Assembly: GCF_004010195.1 (NCBI RefSeq)
Contig: NC_057727.1
Coordinates: 11,140,704-11,204,703 of the forward strand
Source of the DNA: Chiloscyllium plagiosum
Taxonomy: Eukaryota
Length of the DNA: 64,000 nucleotides
Direction of reading: 5' to 3'
How positions within the stretch are numbered: position 1 is the first letter of the stretch; the number at the start of each line of letters is the position of its first letter. Below the pieces are notes generated by a model, which was not told the DNA's origin, did not search any database, and was given only the letters and a program-made list of their open reading frames with translations. Positions 22,973-37,152 of this stretch are shown one piece after another. The position numbers and the translations under genes are program-made.

Positions 22973-24189
22973 TTATTGGATAAAAGGCCATTCATCTGAA
23001 ACTTTGCAACTCTGTGCACAGCTGCTTTGAGTTCTTCACCTGTTTTATTCTGGTTGACTCTTTCTTCACACAGTTTTCCCCAACCTCTTGTAAGGTGTTT
23101 GATTCAAGGGAGCTCACCAGCATCTTGTCTAAGTAATCAATCTTCATCAGACTCTTGGTCTACCAGGTGAAACTGTTCTGAAGCCCATCTCTGACAGGCA
23201 ATGGAGGTGACTTGCCAGTAAGTCCTAGAAGCTTATCACTATGCACTGTGTGCTAGGTTCTAATGATGGATGGTACAGGTCACTGACTGTTTGTTTGCAA
23301 CTGGACTGATCCTACAGACTAGTGATTCTCCTGTAGCTTGAGTGAAGTGGTATATGTATAGGTAGAGCTTTGAAACAACCAGGAGCAGAAAATGATATTG
23401 GCGACTGTGTGTAGACTCCCAAACTTTAGTGGTACTGCTGGATGCAATGGACCAGACCAAACCCCCCTCTTAATATATTTAGAAGTTAGCCTAGACCGTA
23501 ACATTTTCTTATTTTGCATCTAGCATTGCATTTCTAGATGCATTTTGATGGTCAAGCTACTTGACTTTAAGCAAAATGTTATTTTTACACCACAGGTAAA
23601 ATACAGACAAACTGAAAATAAAGAATTGGTTGACTGTCAAAGTGCTCAACAAAATAATACATTAATTACTACTGATGAACTGTTCCAATATTATAGTAAC
23701 ATTCCATAAACACACACTTAGGCAAATTCAGTAAAAAAGATTGTCTCATATGCAATTTTAGCAGCAGGAAGAGAACTCCAGAAAGAGAATTAAGAGCTTC
23801 CATATCCAGCTTCAAGACCCCAGGACCTGCTGAAAGCCACAAGGTCATAGTTCTGTGGAAGCTTGATCCCACCCATTCAGGCTGCTTCAATTATTCCTAC
23901 TTAAGAAAATAAAACAAGGCCTCACAAGCTGTTTGTTGGCATTTAACAGACCATTTGATACCCCTCTCAATCTTCCTTGATTTTTTTTTTAAAACACAGG
24001 ATAAAATCTCTAAAAGCCATTGTATTGTCACCTGGGGAAATTGGAAATTAGAGGCACAAGCAATAAGAGTACAGCTGAGTTCTGAGCAAACTTAATTTAT
24101 ATTTAAATTGGGCAAATAAAACCAGTAACAATATTGTTGAGGAGAATTTCTTGAAATGTGTATGGCATGGTTTTCTGCATCAATATATT

Positions 24190-25565
24190 GAGGAACAACT
24201 AAGATCAGGCCATTGCAGACTGGGTATTGTGTAAGGGGAAACAGATTTGACAGTCTAGCTGTGTAAGATCACATTATGATGAAGGGTGACTTATTTGATT
24301 CTGAGAATCAGGACCTGAATCTAAATAAAGGAAACTGCAATGATATGAGACGCAATATCATTTGAACTATGAACAATTGGAGAACATTGCTTAACAGAAT
24401 GTTGGTGGTTAGGCATTGGGGCGTGGATACACTGAAACAATTATTCATTTCTGTTTGGCCCAGAAATAAAGAGGGAAAGGTGATCTGACTGAGGCTAAAC
24501 AAGAAAAATTAGGAATACATTAGAACCAAGGAAGAGGCAAACAATTGGTCAAAAAAAAACAGCAGACCTTACGATTGGGAACAATTTTTAGATTTCAGCA
24601 AAGATGGCTTGATTTAAGAGAGAAAATAGTACGAGAGCAAGTTTGTGGGAAACATAAAAACTGATGGTGAGAACTTCTATAGGTATGTGAAGAGAGGAAG
24701 ATTGGTGAAGACAAATACAGTTTCCTGTTGGTAAGTTATAAAAGGGAACAAAGATGACAACTAATTAAATACAAACTTTATTTCTGCCTTGACACAGGAG
24801 GACACAAATAACTTCTCAGAAATGTTGGGGAACATAGGGCCTTGTGAGAGAGAGGAACTAAAGGAAACATTATTAGTATGGAAATAGTGTTGGAGAAATT
24901 AATGAGATTAAAGGCAATAAATTTCCATTGCCCAATAATCCCAGAATATTCAATGAAGTGGCCCTAGAAATAGTGGATGCATTGGTGATCATCTTGCAAG
25001 ATTCCATAGACTCTGGAGTAATTTGTATAGATTAGAAGGTAGTTAATGTATCTCAATATTTAAAAAAGAAAGTAGACTAAGTTATAGATCAGTTAGCCTG
25101 ACATCGGTAGTCGAAAAAAGCAGGGTGTGAGGGGGAACTGAGAAGGATGCAGAGATGCCGCAGTGTGATTTGGACAAGTTGAGTGAGTTGGCACATGCAT
25201 GGCAGATGAAGTATAATGTGGGTAAATGAGGTTGTACCAATAAAATTTGAGTGGTGATAGATTGAGAAAGGCTATGTGCAACCAGACATTAAATTAGTCA
25301 TTGAAAGTAAGAAAGCAGTACACTTGCAACCTGAGATTAAAAAGACCTTCATCTCGAGAGGGTTCAAGTACAGGAGTTAGGGATGTCTTGCTGCAATTTC
25401 TTTCAAGAAAAACTTGGGTATAGTTCTTAGGGCTAATGGGATGAAATAGTAGGGAGAGGAAGTGGGAACAGGGTACTGAGTTGGATGAACAGCCACGATT
25501 CATTTTGAATGGTGGAGCAGGTTCAAAGGGCCAAATGACCTACTTCTTACTTTCTTAGTTTTTTA
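24190..25565 (+). mobile_element. Degenerate CR1 LINE
   Basis: Decayed ORF2 (F.RYVKR.R, LNEVALEIVDAL..I.QDS, YR.VSLTSVV-like) and 3' tail ttgaatggtggagcaggttcaaagggcc. Confidence 0.75.
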
Positions 25566-26239
25566 TGTACCAATTTCTCCAAGGGCCACCGGATAACAAA
25601 TGGGAATAGAAATTCCGCTTTTGAATTGTTTTATTTTTCTTCCCTACCTCCCCACCCCTAGGTCACCCAGACCAAAAATAATGTAAAAACTTCCAAGAAG
25701 AATTAAACCTAAAACTTAGTGTTAGTTTTGCCTAGTGTTTCATCAGCTGCTGCCTTTATCCGTTAATTTTTTAATCTATTAACTTCTACCTGCTGATCCC
25801 AAGTTGAGGAATAAAAATAGGTCTTGGGTGTTAGCTAATGTCATTTTAAACATTCACAGAAAATGAATAAGGGAAGCTTGGGTGATCCAGACATTGACTG
25901 TATTTCACATATTCCCTTATATGTAACTCCAAACTCCTTATAATGATGTGTTTAAGATTGAAAACAGAAAAGTGTAATTCCTACCCCTAAAATAAACAAC
26001 TGGAAATGCTAAAGTTCTGTGACCTTGCTCAATTTTTGGACCTTTTTGTTATTGATTGGTTTACTCTGAAATTGTAATAATGTTTGGGACTAAATTGGAC
26101 AGTTGTTAAAAAGAGGTGAGGGGTTCTAATGGCTACTTCCATGCTGTAGATTTGTATGAATCTATAAGCAAAACCTATTTATATAATAAGGGTTCAATCT
26201 AACTGATTTAACACCAGATGTTTGGATCTTTTAAAAATG

Positions 26240-26680
26240 CTGTTAAAAGTGCATTCGTAGATTCATGCAGTGCAGTAAAGGCTCTTCATAAATGCCACTT
26301 AAAAAATGTGTTAATCCCAATTTCCTGCACTTGACTCATTTCCTTGAATGTTGTGATATTTGAAGTGCTTGTGCAAAATATTTAAAGGTTATAAGGTTTC
26401 CAGCCTCCATTACCTTCCCAGACACTGCATTCCAGATACCCACCACCTGCTGAGCGAAACTGTTTTTGCCAAATTCCCTCCATCTCCTGCCCCTTACCCT
26501 AAAACTGTACCCTCTTGTTGACTGATCCCTCAACCAAAGGGAACAGCTGCTCTCTATTCACCCTGATCATGCCCCTCATAATCTTATACACCTCAATCAT
26601 GTTCTCTTCCCCACCCCCCCCCCCCCCGCTCCCCCCAATAGTCCTCTCTGCTCAAAAGAAAACAATCCAAGCTTAACAAG
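26240..26680 (-). mobile_element. CR1 LINE 3' fragment
   Basis: ORF 26336-26533: TRGYSFRV...F.Q.VV.IWN. Confidence 0.75.
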
Positions 26681-29600
26681 GTTCAAGCTGCTGTTGCTTT
26701 GTAAAATCTACTTCATAGATTGTAGAGCTGAATCCCTCCGACCATATTTGCCATCTGATAAATGGCATAACTGTAAGCCTGACTCTAGGTTGTATCCTTT
26801 ATTTGGTGCCAAGAAAATCCGAGTTTTTTTCTTTAAGTTTGAAAAGTTCAATAAGTTGCAGTGTTGACAAACATTGGAAAGTTAAATTTACAAAATACAC
26901 TGGACTATTGTGAACTATAAACGACGTTGAATATTCCTGTATAATGAAACTTGTATAATAATTTATGTAGGTTTTTGTGGCAAGGGATCCTAGTTGTGGC
27001 TTTTGCACTGTTGTGTGTGATTTTTGCGTGCTTGAAGTCACTTTTGCACTGTTACTTGACATTATGCCTGTTTCAGCAAATGTTGGCAAATGAGTGCCAC
27101 TGTACTTACAAATGATTGTTCAATATGATTCAATGATAGCTTCATGTCATTGTTTAAACCTACTAAACTTAGCTTATGGTTTGAGTTCTGAATTTAGTCA
27201 CAAAAAAAAACTGGTGTTTCTGTTTTTCAAGGCTGTTTCTTGTATCCTAGTTCTGAAGACAAAGAGCTTCAACTTATGGTCTCCTTTTGGCAATGCTTAA
27301 GTTCTGTACTACCAAGCATTTAGGTCACAGGCTTGTAGTTCTTCCAGCAGAAAAATCCAGGTGCAAAGTTAAGTTGCAGAAAATATTTTTGTTGAACATA
27401 TTTACTATTAGACCATAAGAAATAGGAACAGGAGCAGGCTGTTCAGTGGCTCAAGCCACTTCTGCCATTCAATAGGACCATGACTGAGCTGATAATCCTC
27501 ACGCATATTTTCCTGTATTTTCCCTGTAACCCATAAGGTCTCTTAACGAGGTTACCATGAAGGACTCTCCTCAGCCTCTCCCCTTGTCTGAAGCATGGTG
27601 ACCCTTAGGTGAAACCACCACCAGCTGTCTCTTTCTGTAGAAATAGCAGCCCTGTGGTCCTGTAGGACTATGGTGACTTTGCCTTTCATGTGTTTGGTAG
27701 TGATGGGATTAAAACATTTTCACAGGAATTCTGTAATGTTAATCCTACACAACTTGTGCAAAATTAGTTAACTTTTATGTATATCAAGCTATTTCTGGGT
27801 TAATATCTGTATATTTGTCACTCGAGGTCTCAGCAAACAATGTTTTGAATGTGCAAGTGGCCAAGAAATAAAGGTCCATCAGGAACCTTTGTCTTAAAAA
27901 TTCTGGTAAGATTACACTACATGTGGATTATTTTCCATTGCAACATGGCAGGAATTGAGTAGACTAATAGAAGGTTATATGGCTATTTTAATTATAGCAT
28001 GGCTGTCATCACATCCTGACACAATACTCTTGAGTGTGCACCAAGAATTGCCTTTGCCAAAAGGAAGACTTAAAACTCATCACAATTTTATAGCAGATGG
28101 TATTTCAAGGCTGTAATCTTGTCTCAGTTTGGGTGACAATTATAAATTGACAGCTGCTCTATAGTTTTTTATTCTCTTTTTGGCTGTACTCCCAAACCAA
28201 AAAGGAAGAACAATTATCTTGTGTTGTGTCTACTGAAGATAAATATCACTGGCTAACTAACAATTGTTAGTAAGTAAGATGAAAATCGTTTAATTGCTGC
28301 TGTACTCAGCAGAAGGATGTTTAGAAATTTGGTTCGGTGATGTAAAAATCTGAATAACTTTTCCAAATGGTTAGCTCTGTTAATGAAATTTAAAAAGACC
28401 TATTTGGGAAGGAAATTTCCCTTTGAATACAGCCTTTACAATATATATTTATTATACTTGGAATTCACCCAAACACAATTAATGACAAAGACTTTAAGTA
28501 GATTCTTACACTGATCTGTTTTCACTAATGTTTAAGAATAACTAACAGTGTCAAACTCATGAGCCATTTTTTGTTGTTGCCTTTGATGTCAAAATACAAG
28601 TGAACCTGTGAATTAGATGCAGACGTAGGCTTTTCGGTGGCTTATTTCTCATTCAATAAATCATGGCTGATCTGATTGTGTTTTGAACTCAACATTTCTA
28701 TCTACTCCAATAAACTTAGATTCTTGTTAGGCAAAGGAATCTATGTAAAATCCACCTAATGTCTGCATAAGCTGCCCACAAATTTTGATCTTCAACAATC
28801 AGTAATTTGCATTAACGCCTTCATTTTTTACATTACAAGAAATCGTCACAATTAAGGACACAAAATAGTTTTGCCACATTTTGCAATCTCTGTATTTTTT
28901 TTCACACCTGCACATTGTTTACGCAATCTAAATTATTAATGCATGCTTTAACACGGCACCTATGTTCTGTGCATTTTTTGTGAACTCCATTTTCACATCG
29001 ATTTAATTCACATTTCAAAGAGTTGGGGATTTCTTAAAACTTAGCTTCAAAAGAAAGTGGGGGTTGTATCATTGTAAACATGAGTACTTCTGTACTTTTT
29101 ATGATCAACAGTCAACCTCATGGGACTCTGAGCCATGTACTGTTACCTATGTATGTTATGTGGGAATTACCAATCTGTACAAGTGGAACATCATTACTAA
29201 CAATTACTCGACTGCTAATTTGAGTAAGTATTGATTAATTTACATTAATACTTATTATTTTATAATGCTTTAAATTCGCTAATTTAAAAAAAGGAACATT
29301 TTACTTCACGTAAAATCCAACAGCTATATTGTACAATCCACATTGGTCATTCCTTCATCTTTAACCCTCCCTCCAGCCTCTTGAACCCACTACCCAATCT
29401 TTGGACTTTGCTGGGCTCCTGTTGTGGCGGCAGTTTCTGTAGCCCCAGCAGTAGCCACCACTCTCAGTAGGCACTGCTCGGCCTACAGAGCTGCCAGAGA
29501 AACAATTTGTCTGGGAGCTTTGTAAAGCAGCACTTCCTCCCACCGTTAAATTACAACAGCAGACTTCCCCCATCTTTGATTTTCAGCTGGGGTGGGCTGG

Positions 29601-30044
29601 CAATCCAAGATGGGCAAAATTGCTGGCCCAGCTAGCCATGTCCACATTCTACATAATAGCAATATTTACTGTTGTGATTTTATGCTTATGTAACAAATCT
29701 ATTTACACAGTTTCAATTACACAGGAAATGAGTTGTATGTGATTTCAATAATGTAATCTTACAAAAGGAAAGGTGTTCTTGTCCTTTAAACATGTGTCGA
29801 AGCCCCCAATGGCAGTTTTTAACACATTTTCTGTCAGTAAGCAGTAGGATATAGGTTTTTGAGTAGGAGCAATGTTAATAGCTGAATAATGGAAAATGCA
29901 GAGAGCTGGGTTTTGTGGAGTACTGGTGGTCCTTTCTGTCCCCTCCCTACCCCAGCTAAAATGTTGAGGGGGGAACTGCTCACATTCCCAAAAACTACCC
30001 TAATTTATTAGTGGAAACGGTGTTACACATCGGACTCTTATCAT

Positions 30045-30362
30045 AGAAGCATAGAATCCCTATAGCATGAAAAGAGGCTATTTGGCCCCTCAAGTTTGCA
30101 CTGCCCCTTCAAAAAAACATCTCACCTTGGCCCAGCCCTCCACCATATCCCTGTAATTCCACATTAACCATGGTAAACCATAGCTGAACTTGCACATCTC
30201 TGGACACTTCATAGCAATTTAGCATGGCTAATCCACCTAACTTGTACATCTTTGGACTGTGGGAAGAAACTGGAGGACCGGGTGCAAAATCCACACAGAC
30301 AGTCACCCAATCGAACCCAGATCCCTGACAGCAGGGCTAACCACTGAGTCACTGTGCTGCCC
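30045..30362 (-). mobile_element. HE1-type V-SINE
   Basis: Reverse complement of head gggcagcacagtgactcagtggttag and V-domain (tttcttcccacagtccaaagatgt). Confidence 0.82.
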
Positions 30363-30759
30363 AAATTGTTAACTTCGGTCAAGTCATCCTTCTGCCCCTT
30401 CCTGTGGAGAAAGCTTTACTTCTGTAGTTTTTAATTAAAATGGGAAAATATGTTTAACTTGATGCAAAAATACTTTTCCTTCACAAATCTCCTTTGGTTG
30501 AAAATGGCAGATTATTGCAGATGAATTAGTTGGTATTTATTTACTGGAAGGCTTTGCTGTTTTTAAACTTGGAAGTGAAAACAGAAGTCACATGCCAATA
30601 GAATACACCATGAAATTTCAGTGTGTTCTGATGTGAGTGTTGTGGTGCTTGTGAAGTTCAAGTCTTTTCACTTTGTCTAAAAATCGTATAAGGCTAGGTT
30701 CAAAGGACCACAGCTGAATGTATAATTTCTGATATAACTCTGAAGTCAGCAATTTCTGT

Positions 30760-31755
30760 TTTTGTCCCATGATTTCTTTTGCTATCTCTGTGTTCTATCT
30801 ACTATTTGGGAACTTGGATACTGGTGAGGAAAATGGGATTTTGTTTATTTAGTGCTGTGAAGATTTTTTTTTAATGGTCAGAAGGTTTTTTGAACAGACA
30901 ACGAAAGGCAGCCTTTCCAAGAAATATGTCAAATGACTCAACAAGCTACTCGGTTAGAGAACTGATGTTTATTGTTGACTTGAGTTTTTGTGAATTACAG
31001 AAAGAGTTGGCTGGGGCTAAGAAGCAGGTTGCAGTTTGGAAGACCCCTATCAGCAGATGTGCTTTCTTGCAACTTAAAAGTAAGTCAAATCCTTGAGTTT
31101 ATTTCTTCAAAAAATTAGTGAGAAAAAAGCAGTGATTGGGCATAAGTGGCTGTGTGTTTTAGAGGGTGGCAGCAGTGGAGGAAACCAAATCTGGTGTATT
31201 TGTAGAAAGTCCTTGAAAGGAGAGGTTTGTGATCTTGTTACCTGAGTAAGAAAATTTCAAGTCTGAATAGGAATGATACTTCACTGAACTTGAGTACTTA
31301 TCATGGTTATTGCTTTGAAAAGTGGTGGCTCTTCCTTTTGCTGTTCATAATCTATTTCTATTATGCTTTCAATAATGATACAAATTTTTTTCTTGTGGCT
31401 AAAGGATATAGGGAGAAAGCAGGAACAAGATACTGAGTTGGTTGTTTAGCCAAAGATCATATTAAATAGTGGGCCAGGCATAAAGGGCTGAATGGTCCAC
31501 TGTACCTATTTTCTGTTTCCAATTGTGTCCATATAATATCCGTTTGTTTTTTGTTTTACTTTCTTTGGTAAAATAAGCTTAGGTTCTTTTATTAAAAGAA
31601 CATTGACAACCTCATGTGTATATGTTCAATGACTGACTACCAGGTAACAATGACTGACTACCAGGTAAATTACAGAAATAAAATTTTTGATCCATCAAGT
31701 CAGGTTTCATCTGGAATATGTCTTGTCCAATGTTAGCATCAGATAGGATCATAAT
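30760..31755 (+). mobile_element. Possible degenerate solo LTR, containing a CR1 tail insert (~31390-31520) and a 21-bp tandem duplication (31627-31668)
   Basis: Ends ...cttgtccaatgttagcatcagataggatcataa, resembling LTR 3' ends; attaaa near the end. The duplication caatgactgactaccaggtaa x2 is directly visible. The LTR call is by resemblance only. Confidence 0.3.
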
Positions 31756-31844
31756 GATTTATGCACATGGAGAAAGAGTCACTGATTGCAATGAAGAGTG
31801 GGAAGTCAATTTAAGGGTGCTAATCCCAATTCCTAATTAATTAA

Positions 31845-32790
31845 CTATACAACATTAATGATCTGGTCAAAGGAACAGAGGGCATTGTTGTTAAGTTTGC
31901 AAGTAACACAAAGATAGGTGAAAGATGGGTAGTGTTGAGGAGGCAGGGAGACTGCAAAAGGACTTGAACAGGCTAGGAGTGTGGGAAAAGAAGTGGTAGA
32001 TGAATACACTGTGGGAAAGTGTGAGGTAGCTATACATTTTGGTAGGAGAGATGTAGACAATTTTCGAAATGGGGAAAGCTTTGGAAATCTGAAATGCAAT
32101 GTGACTTGGGAGTCCCTCGTTGAGGATTGTCTTCAGATTAACCTGCAGCTTCAGTTGGCAGTTAGGAAGTCAAATGCAATATTAGCATTCATTTCAAGAG
32201 GGCTAGAATACAAGAATAAGGCTTACTGCTGAGGCTGTAGAAGGCTCAGGTCAGACCAAATTGGGAATATTGTGAGCAGTTTTGTGCCCCACACTTAAGG
32301 AAGGATGTGCTGGCTTTGGAGGGGGTTCAGAGGAGGTTCACAAGAATGATCCTGGGTATGAAGGGCTCATCATATGAAGAGTGGTTGAGGACTCTGGGTG
32401 TGTAATCAGTGGAATTTAGAGAAAGAGAGGGGAATCTCATTGAAATGTATAGAATACTAGAAACCTGGATATAGTCGACATGGAGAAGATACTTCCACTA
32501 GTAGAAGAGACTCGGACCCGAGGGCACAGCCTCAGAGTGAAGAGACGACCCTTCAGAACTGAAATGAGAATGAATTTCATCAGAGGGTGGTTAATCTGTG
32601 GAACATTTTTTGCTGCAGAAGGCTATGGAGGCATTAAGACAAAGATAGATATGTTACTGATTAATAAAGGTTAAGGGGAGAAAGCAGGAAAATGAAGTAA
32701 AGAAACATATTAGCCATGACCGAAGGACTCAATGGTTATTTCTGGCCTAATAATTGGCCTAATTCTGCTCCTATATCTTATGGTCTTAAA
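31845..32790 (+). mobile_element. CR1 LINE 3' fragment
   Basis: ORFs 31981-32232 (KCEVAIHFG, ANAILAFISRGLEYK-like) and 32480-32674 (TRGHSLRVK..PFRTEMR). Confidence 0.85.
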
Positions 32791-33069
32791 ACAAGAGATT
32801 GAGTTTGAGTCCTTTCTGATCTATCTAAATGTACTCAACATGATGTTGCAAATAGGTATTGAAGGGTCTTCCCTAATACCATACATCAAAAACAATTCCC
32901 AGTAATCTGCTTTTTCTGCTGATTGTGGATATAAATTCCACTTCAATTTTGTTTTGGATTACTGGGAGTAACTTACAAACCCCTAAAAATCTTTAAAAAA
33001 TTACAAATATTGCAAAATGTTGACTACCTCTTAGTGCACTCATTTGAGAAATGCTTGAATATTTACATT

Positions 33070-33075
33070 TTTATT
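33070..33075 (-). terminator. Candidate GLYCTK polyadenylation signal AATAAA
   Basis: tttatt on + (AATAAA on -), about 245 nt past the GLYCTK stop. Confidence 0.45.
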
Positions 33076-33318
33076 TAAATAGCTTTGTTTGTAAGGTCAG
33101 CGATAATGGCTGTCAAAACGCTGCCGGCTTGTGGCACATATGATCCAACATTGTTTGCTTTAACTTGTAATGCCAGTGTTCAACACATTAAAATTATACA
33201 TGCATCCCTGTCCCCTATACTGATGATACAATACTATGTGAGCACAATATTATGTCCCTTTATAAAGAAATTAAATTCTTCTTCACCTCTCTTTGTTCAT
33301 GAAAGGCTAATATTAGAC

Positions 33319-34233
33319 TTAAATTTCATTGGGTTGAATAATAATTGCTTGCATATCCATGACGTTAGTGTTTGTCAGCCCTGTCACAATAAGGTCCACT
33401 CCATTATTAAACTTGTTAAAGAAGGTAAAGGAGTCGTTGTTGTTTAAAAAGTCCTCTGCGTTCAGCCCTTCAGCAAAGGCCTTGTCAACCAGGTCACTGT
33501 AAGCGAATGCACCAGCTGCTTCAGTGGGCCCATCTTGTCCGTCAGTCCCGCCACTAAGAAAAATAACTTCATACTTTGTAAGTAGATCTTGTGGAATCTT
33601 TGATTTTGCATGGTGAAGTTCCAAGGCTAGATGTAAGGCCAGCTCTTGATTTCGACCTCCTTTACCTTTACCCTGGAGTCGAACTGTAGTTTCCCCCCCT
33701 GCCAAAAGGCATATTGGTTTCTTGGAATGCTGTGTCTCCTCCAACAGTTCCAAACAGCCATCTAGTTGGAAATCAGGAAGCTCCATGTTTACGACCATCT
33801 GCAGGATCTCATCTTTCATTTTGCTTACATGTACATATTTTGAACTGGCAGCTGCCAGAACTGAACACACATATCTAATCAAAAGACTGTACAATTTAGC
33901 CACAGTCTTGACATCTCCACTGACTACACTAGATAGGACAGAAGTATTATAACCCAAGCTTTCTGATTTGCATTTTGCTTTCTCTAAGGCAATTGTATTT
34001 GATCCCACAATAAAATTACAAACATGAGCAAATGTTTGGGTCTCCTCTTTGTCCATTTTCATGCTGGACTGAGACAGAACTTCTTTTACAGATTCTGGCA
34101 TGGATGATAACAAGTTATATTTTAACAGTATCTTATGACAGTCGTCCTTGCTGTGTAAGGTAGGTACAGTTGGGCCACTGGCCACATACTCCAAATTGTC
34201 ACCTATAACATCAGACATGATGAGACTCACCAC
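33319..34233 (-). CDS. GLYCTK: Glycerate kinase (class II, MOFRL domain), last coding exon
   Basis: VVSLIMSDVIGD...ASGPT...LAGGETTV...GKGGRNQELAL...LSGGTDGQDGPTEAAGA...NNDSFTFF...TG.TNTNVMD. Acceptor ttggcAG|GTG at 34233, phase 0; stop at 33321-33319. Confidence 0.97.
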   Translation of the reverse strand: MVSLIMSDVIGDNLEYVASGPTVPTLHSKDDCHKILLKYNLLSSMPESVKEVLSQSSMKMDKEETQTFAHVCNFIVGSNTIALEKAKCKSESLGYNTSVLSSVVSGDVKTVAKLYSLLIRYVCSVLAAASSKYVHVSKMKDEILQMVVNMELPDFQLDGCLELLEETQHSKKPICLLAGGETTVRLQGKGKGGRNQELALHLALELHHAKSKIPQDLLTKYEVIFLSGGTDGQDGPTEAAGAFAYSDLVDKAFAEGLNAEDFLNNNDSFTFFNKFNNGVDLIVTGLTNTNVMDMQAIIIQPNEI

Positions 34234-35459
34234 CTGCCAAATAAAGAGTCATGTTTTATATTTCTGTATATTTCAATTTCTTGTCCAGTCAAATCTAATT
34301 ACAATACATTTAATTGAAATGTGTTTAGAATTATAACTCCAAAGATGAACTCAATTATTAATACAATTTCTGATCAAAAGGGACTATTGCATGGACACTT
34401 TACCTTGTATTTCTGATTATATGCAGTAATGTTCTGACCTTTATATTGAATTAACAGTCACCAAGTGTGTGTATATATAAATACTGTTTGCTTACTAAAC
34501 TTGTCATTAAATCATTTTGTAATCCATCAACAGAGACGTCCATAAGCAAAATGGGTGAACACTCTACATGGTATAGTACTGTGTCATACATTCCAATTTT
34601 AATTCCTAAATTATGTGGTGTAGGAAAAGAGATGGAAGGGCTACAAGTGAGCTCAGCATAGGTCAAACTAAAAAGGAGTAAACAAGTTTTTAATTCCTGC
34701 TCTTTACTGCAAGTACATCTCTATGACTGACAAAATTTTAAGAGTGGTTTCTCTGCTGCAATGAATTGTTCAGGTTCATCCAAAGATAATAGCTACCTGG
34801 TTCAGGAACTTAAGGCAGTCAGCACTGTGAATCATACCTGACCACAATTAGGTACCTAACTGAAAAGAGTGGGGGTCAGCAATAGAAAATAAACTAAAAA
34901 CTTCTCAGTTTCTAGACTCCACCAATTTCAAAGCAGGAGAAGATGCCTGTACGGAAGGAAAGTTTCAGATTTTATAGTTAGTACCTTTAACTTTAAGAGA
35001 TTAAGATGACACATGTTTCAGATTTCTGCACTTGAGTTATTGTGCCCAGTTTTGACCCCTGGATGTGAAGGAAATTGAATTAAGGGCCTTGAATGATAAC
35101 TCAGGCACCTTACATATGGGAACGGTTCCATGAATTCTGATTGTCACTTGGACATCAAAGAAATAGTGGGGTATATAGTTTTTAAAGAATGTAAAATTTC
35201 TGGATAACTTAGTTAACATGGTGGAACCAAATGAAGGTAAAGAATCAGGCTAGAAAGCAGGAAGCTTTTATTACAAGAATTCATTGCTCAGTATTAGAAT
35301 ATCCAAAAATGTAGTCCTTTAATGGAAAATGTGAGTGAGGATATATTCAGTGAGACAGGGTAAGGTGCTCATAGAAATGAGGATTTGTGAGCAGTAATCA
35401 AAAATCATTATTTTTTTAGCTGGGAAGTACAAAAGAAGTATAAGCTCAGGGATCACCTC

Positions 35460-35565
35460 TCCACCATCACCACTTCACCTGACAAAGGGACCAGGCTTCA
35501 AAAGCTTGTCATTTTAAATCAACCGATTGGACTATAACCTGGCACTGTGTAACTTCTGACTTTGA
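35460..35565 (+). mobile_element. PLE family-2 3'-end fragment with degenerate hammerhead core
   Basis: cacctgacaaagggaccaggcttcaaaagcttgt...ttggactataacctgg resembles 1243-1310. Confidence 0.6.
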
Positions 35566-35674
35566 CAGCATGAATAAGTATCACCAGCAGGGGTCACTGG
35601 CTGGGTGGGTGAGACAGAAAATTGGAATTTTCCTCTTTGTTACATACTAAGAAATTACATTTAATTCACCTCTT

Positions 35675-36590
35675 TTATATGGACTTCAGTAAGGCAATTA
35701 ACAAGGTTCCACATGGGAGTAAGGTTAGATCTCTTGGAATGCAGGGAAAAAAAGCCATTTGGATACAGAACTGGCTCGGAGGTGGAAGACACAGGATGGT
35801 GGTGGAGGGTTGTTTTTCAGACTGGAAGCCTGTGACTAGTGGAGTGCCACAAGGATTGGTGCTTTGTCCACTACTTTTTGTCATTTATATAAATGATTTG
35901 GATGTGAGCGTAAGAGGTACAGTTAGTAAGTTTGCAGGTGACATCAAAATTGGAGGTGTCGTCGACAGCAAAGAAGGTTACGATAGATTACAATGGGATC
36001 TTGAACAGATGAGCTGAGGAGTGGCAGATGGAGTTTAATTTAGATAAATGAGAGGTGCTGCATTTTGGGAAAGCAAATATTAGCTTAATGGCAAAGTATG
36101 CGGGAGTGTTGCTGGACAAAGAGACCTTGGAGTGCAGGTTCATAGCTCCTTGAAAGTGGAGTCACAGTTAGATGGGATAGTGAAGAAGGCGCTTGGTATG
36201 CTTTCCTTTATTGGTCAGAGTATTGAGTACAGGAGTCGGGAGGTCATGTTGCGGCTGTACAGGACATTGGTTTGGCCACTTTTGGAATATTGCATGCAAT
36301 TCTGGTCTCCTTCCTATCAGAAGGATGTTGTGAAACTTGAAAGGGTTCAGAAAAGATTTACAAGTATGTTGCCAGGGTTGGAGGTTTTGAGCTATAGGGA
36401 GACGTTGAATAGGCTGGGGCTGTTTTCCCTGGAGTGTCAGAGGCTGATGGATGACCTCATAGAGGTTTATAAAATCATGAAGGGCATTGATAGGATGGAT
36501 AGATAAATAAATAAATATGGGATATCTTGTCAGCATGGACAAGTTGAACTGAAGGGTCTGCTTCCGTTCCGTACATCTCTATTACTCTAT
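35675..36590 (+). mobile_element. CR1/HER1-like LINE fragment
   Basis: ORF 35622-36017 (YMDFSKA..KVPH, SGVPQG.VL.PLLF.IYINDL, KFAGD.K) and ORF 36132-36506. Confidence 0.9.
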
Positions 36591-36976
36591 AACCTCACAA
36601 CATCTCAATCACTTCACGTAATGTGATAGATATAATGTAGGAAAAATCGAAGTTAGTTGCACAAATAGCATCATGATAATAACTGAATAATCATTGAAGT
36701 GGTGATAAATATTGCTTAAGCCATTGGGAAACTCTTCATCTTATAGGGATTTTTTTGCATCCATTTCTCACGGACAGTATGGCTCTTGCTCTGAATTGCA
36801 TTGGAGTGTCTTTCTAGATTTTGTGCTCTGTACACTGGTGGGACTTGAACTTGTAATCTGGCACACAGCTGATATATTGACTACCCCTATTAGAGATTAA
36901 GGCTAAATATTGATCATAATCCCATTCAAAGTTTCATAATCAACACTTTCAGTCACGAAACAGAAAGGTTACAAAC

Positions 36977-37152
36977 CTGTGCAGGATAGGCAGCCCTTGC
37001 CAAACCTCCACCCTTCAACAACGACAGCATCTTGCGGACTGTATTGAGCTCCTGAATTGTTGCCCCCTTAGCAGCAAGTTGTTTGGTCAGGTATTGCTTC
37101 TCCTCTAAAGTGACAGGGGGGATTGGAGCTGGCAATAAAGCTGACCCTCCAC
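36977..37152 (-). CDS. GLYCTK: GLYCTK coding exon 3
   Basis: (G)GGSALLPAPIPPVTLEEKQYLTKQLAAKGATIQELNTVRKMLSLLKGGGLARAAYPAQ. Acceptor tttttAG, donor GTttgt; 176 nt. Confidence 0.96.

Noticed and set aside
17377-36900. miR-135a-1 hairpin, expected near the GLYCTK 3' end by human synteny
   Set aside because: No match to TATGGCTTTTTATTCCTATGTGA or its reverse complement was found by eye; the closest, tatggctatttt at ~27978, diverges and shows no hairpin. A cmsearch would be needed to confirm absence.
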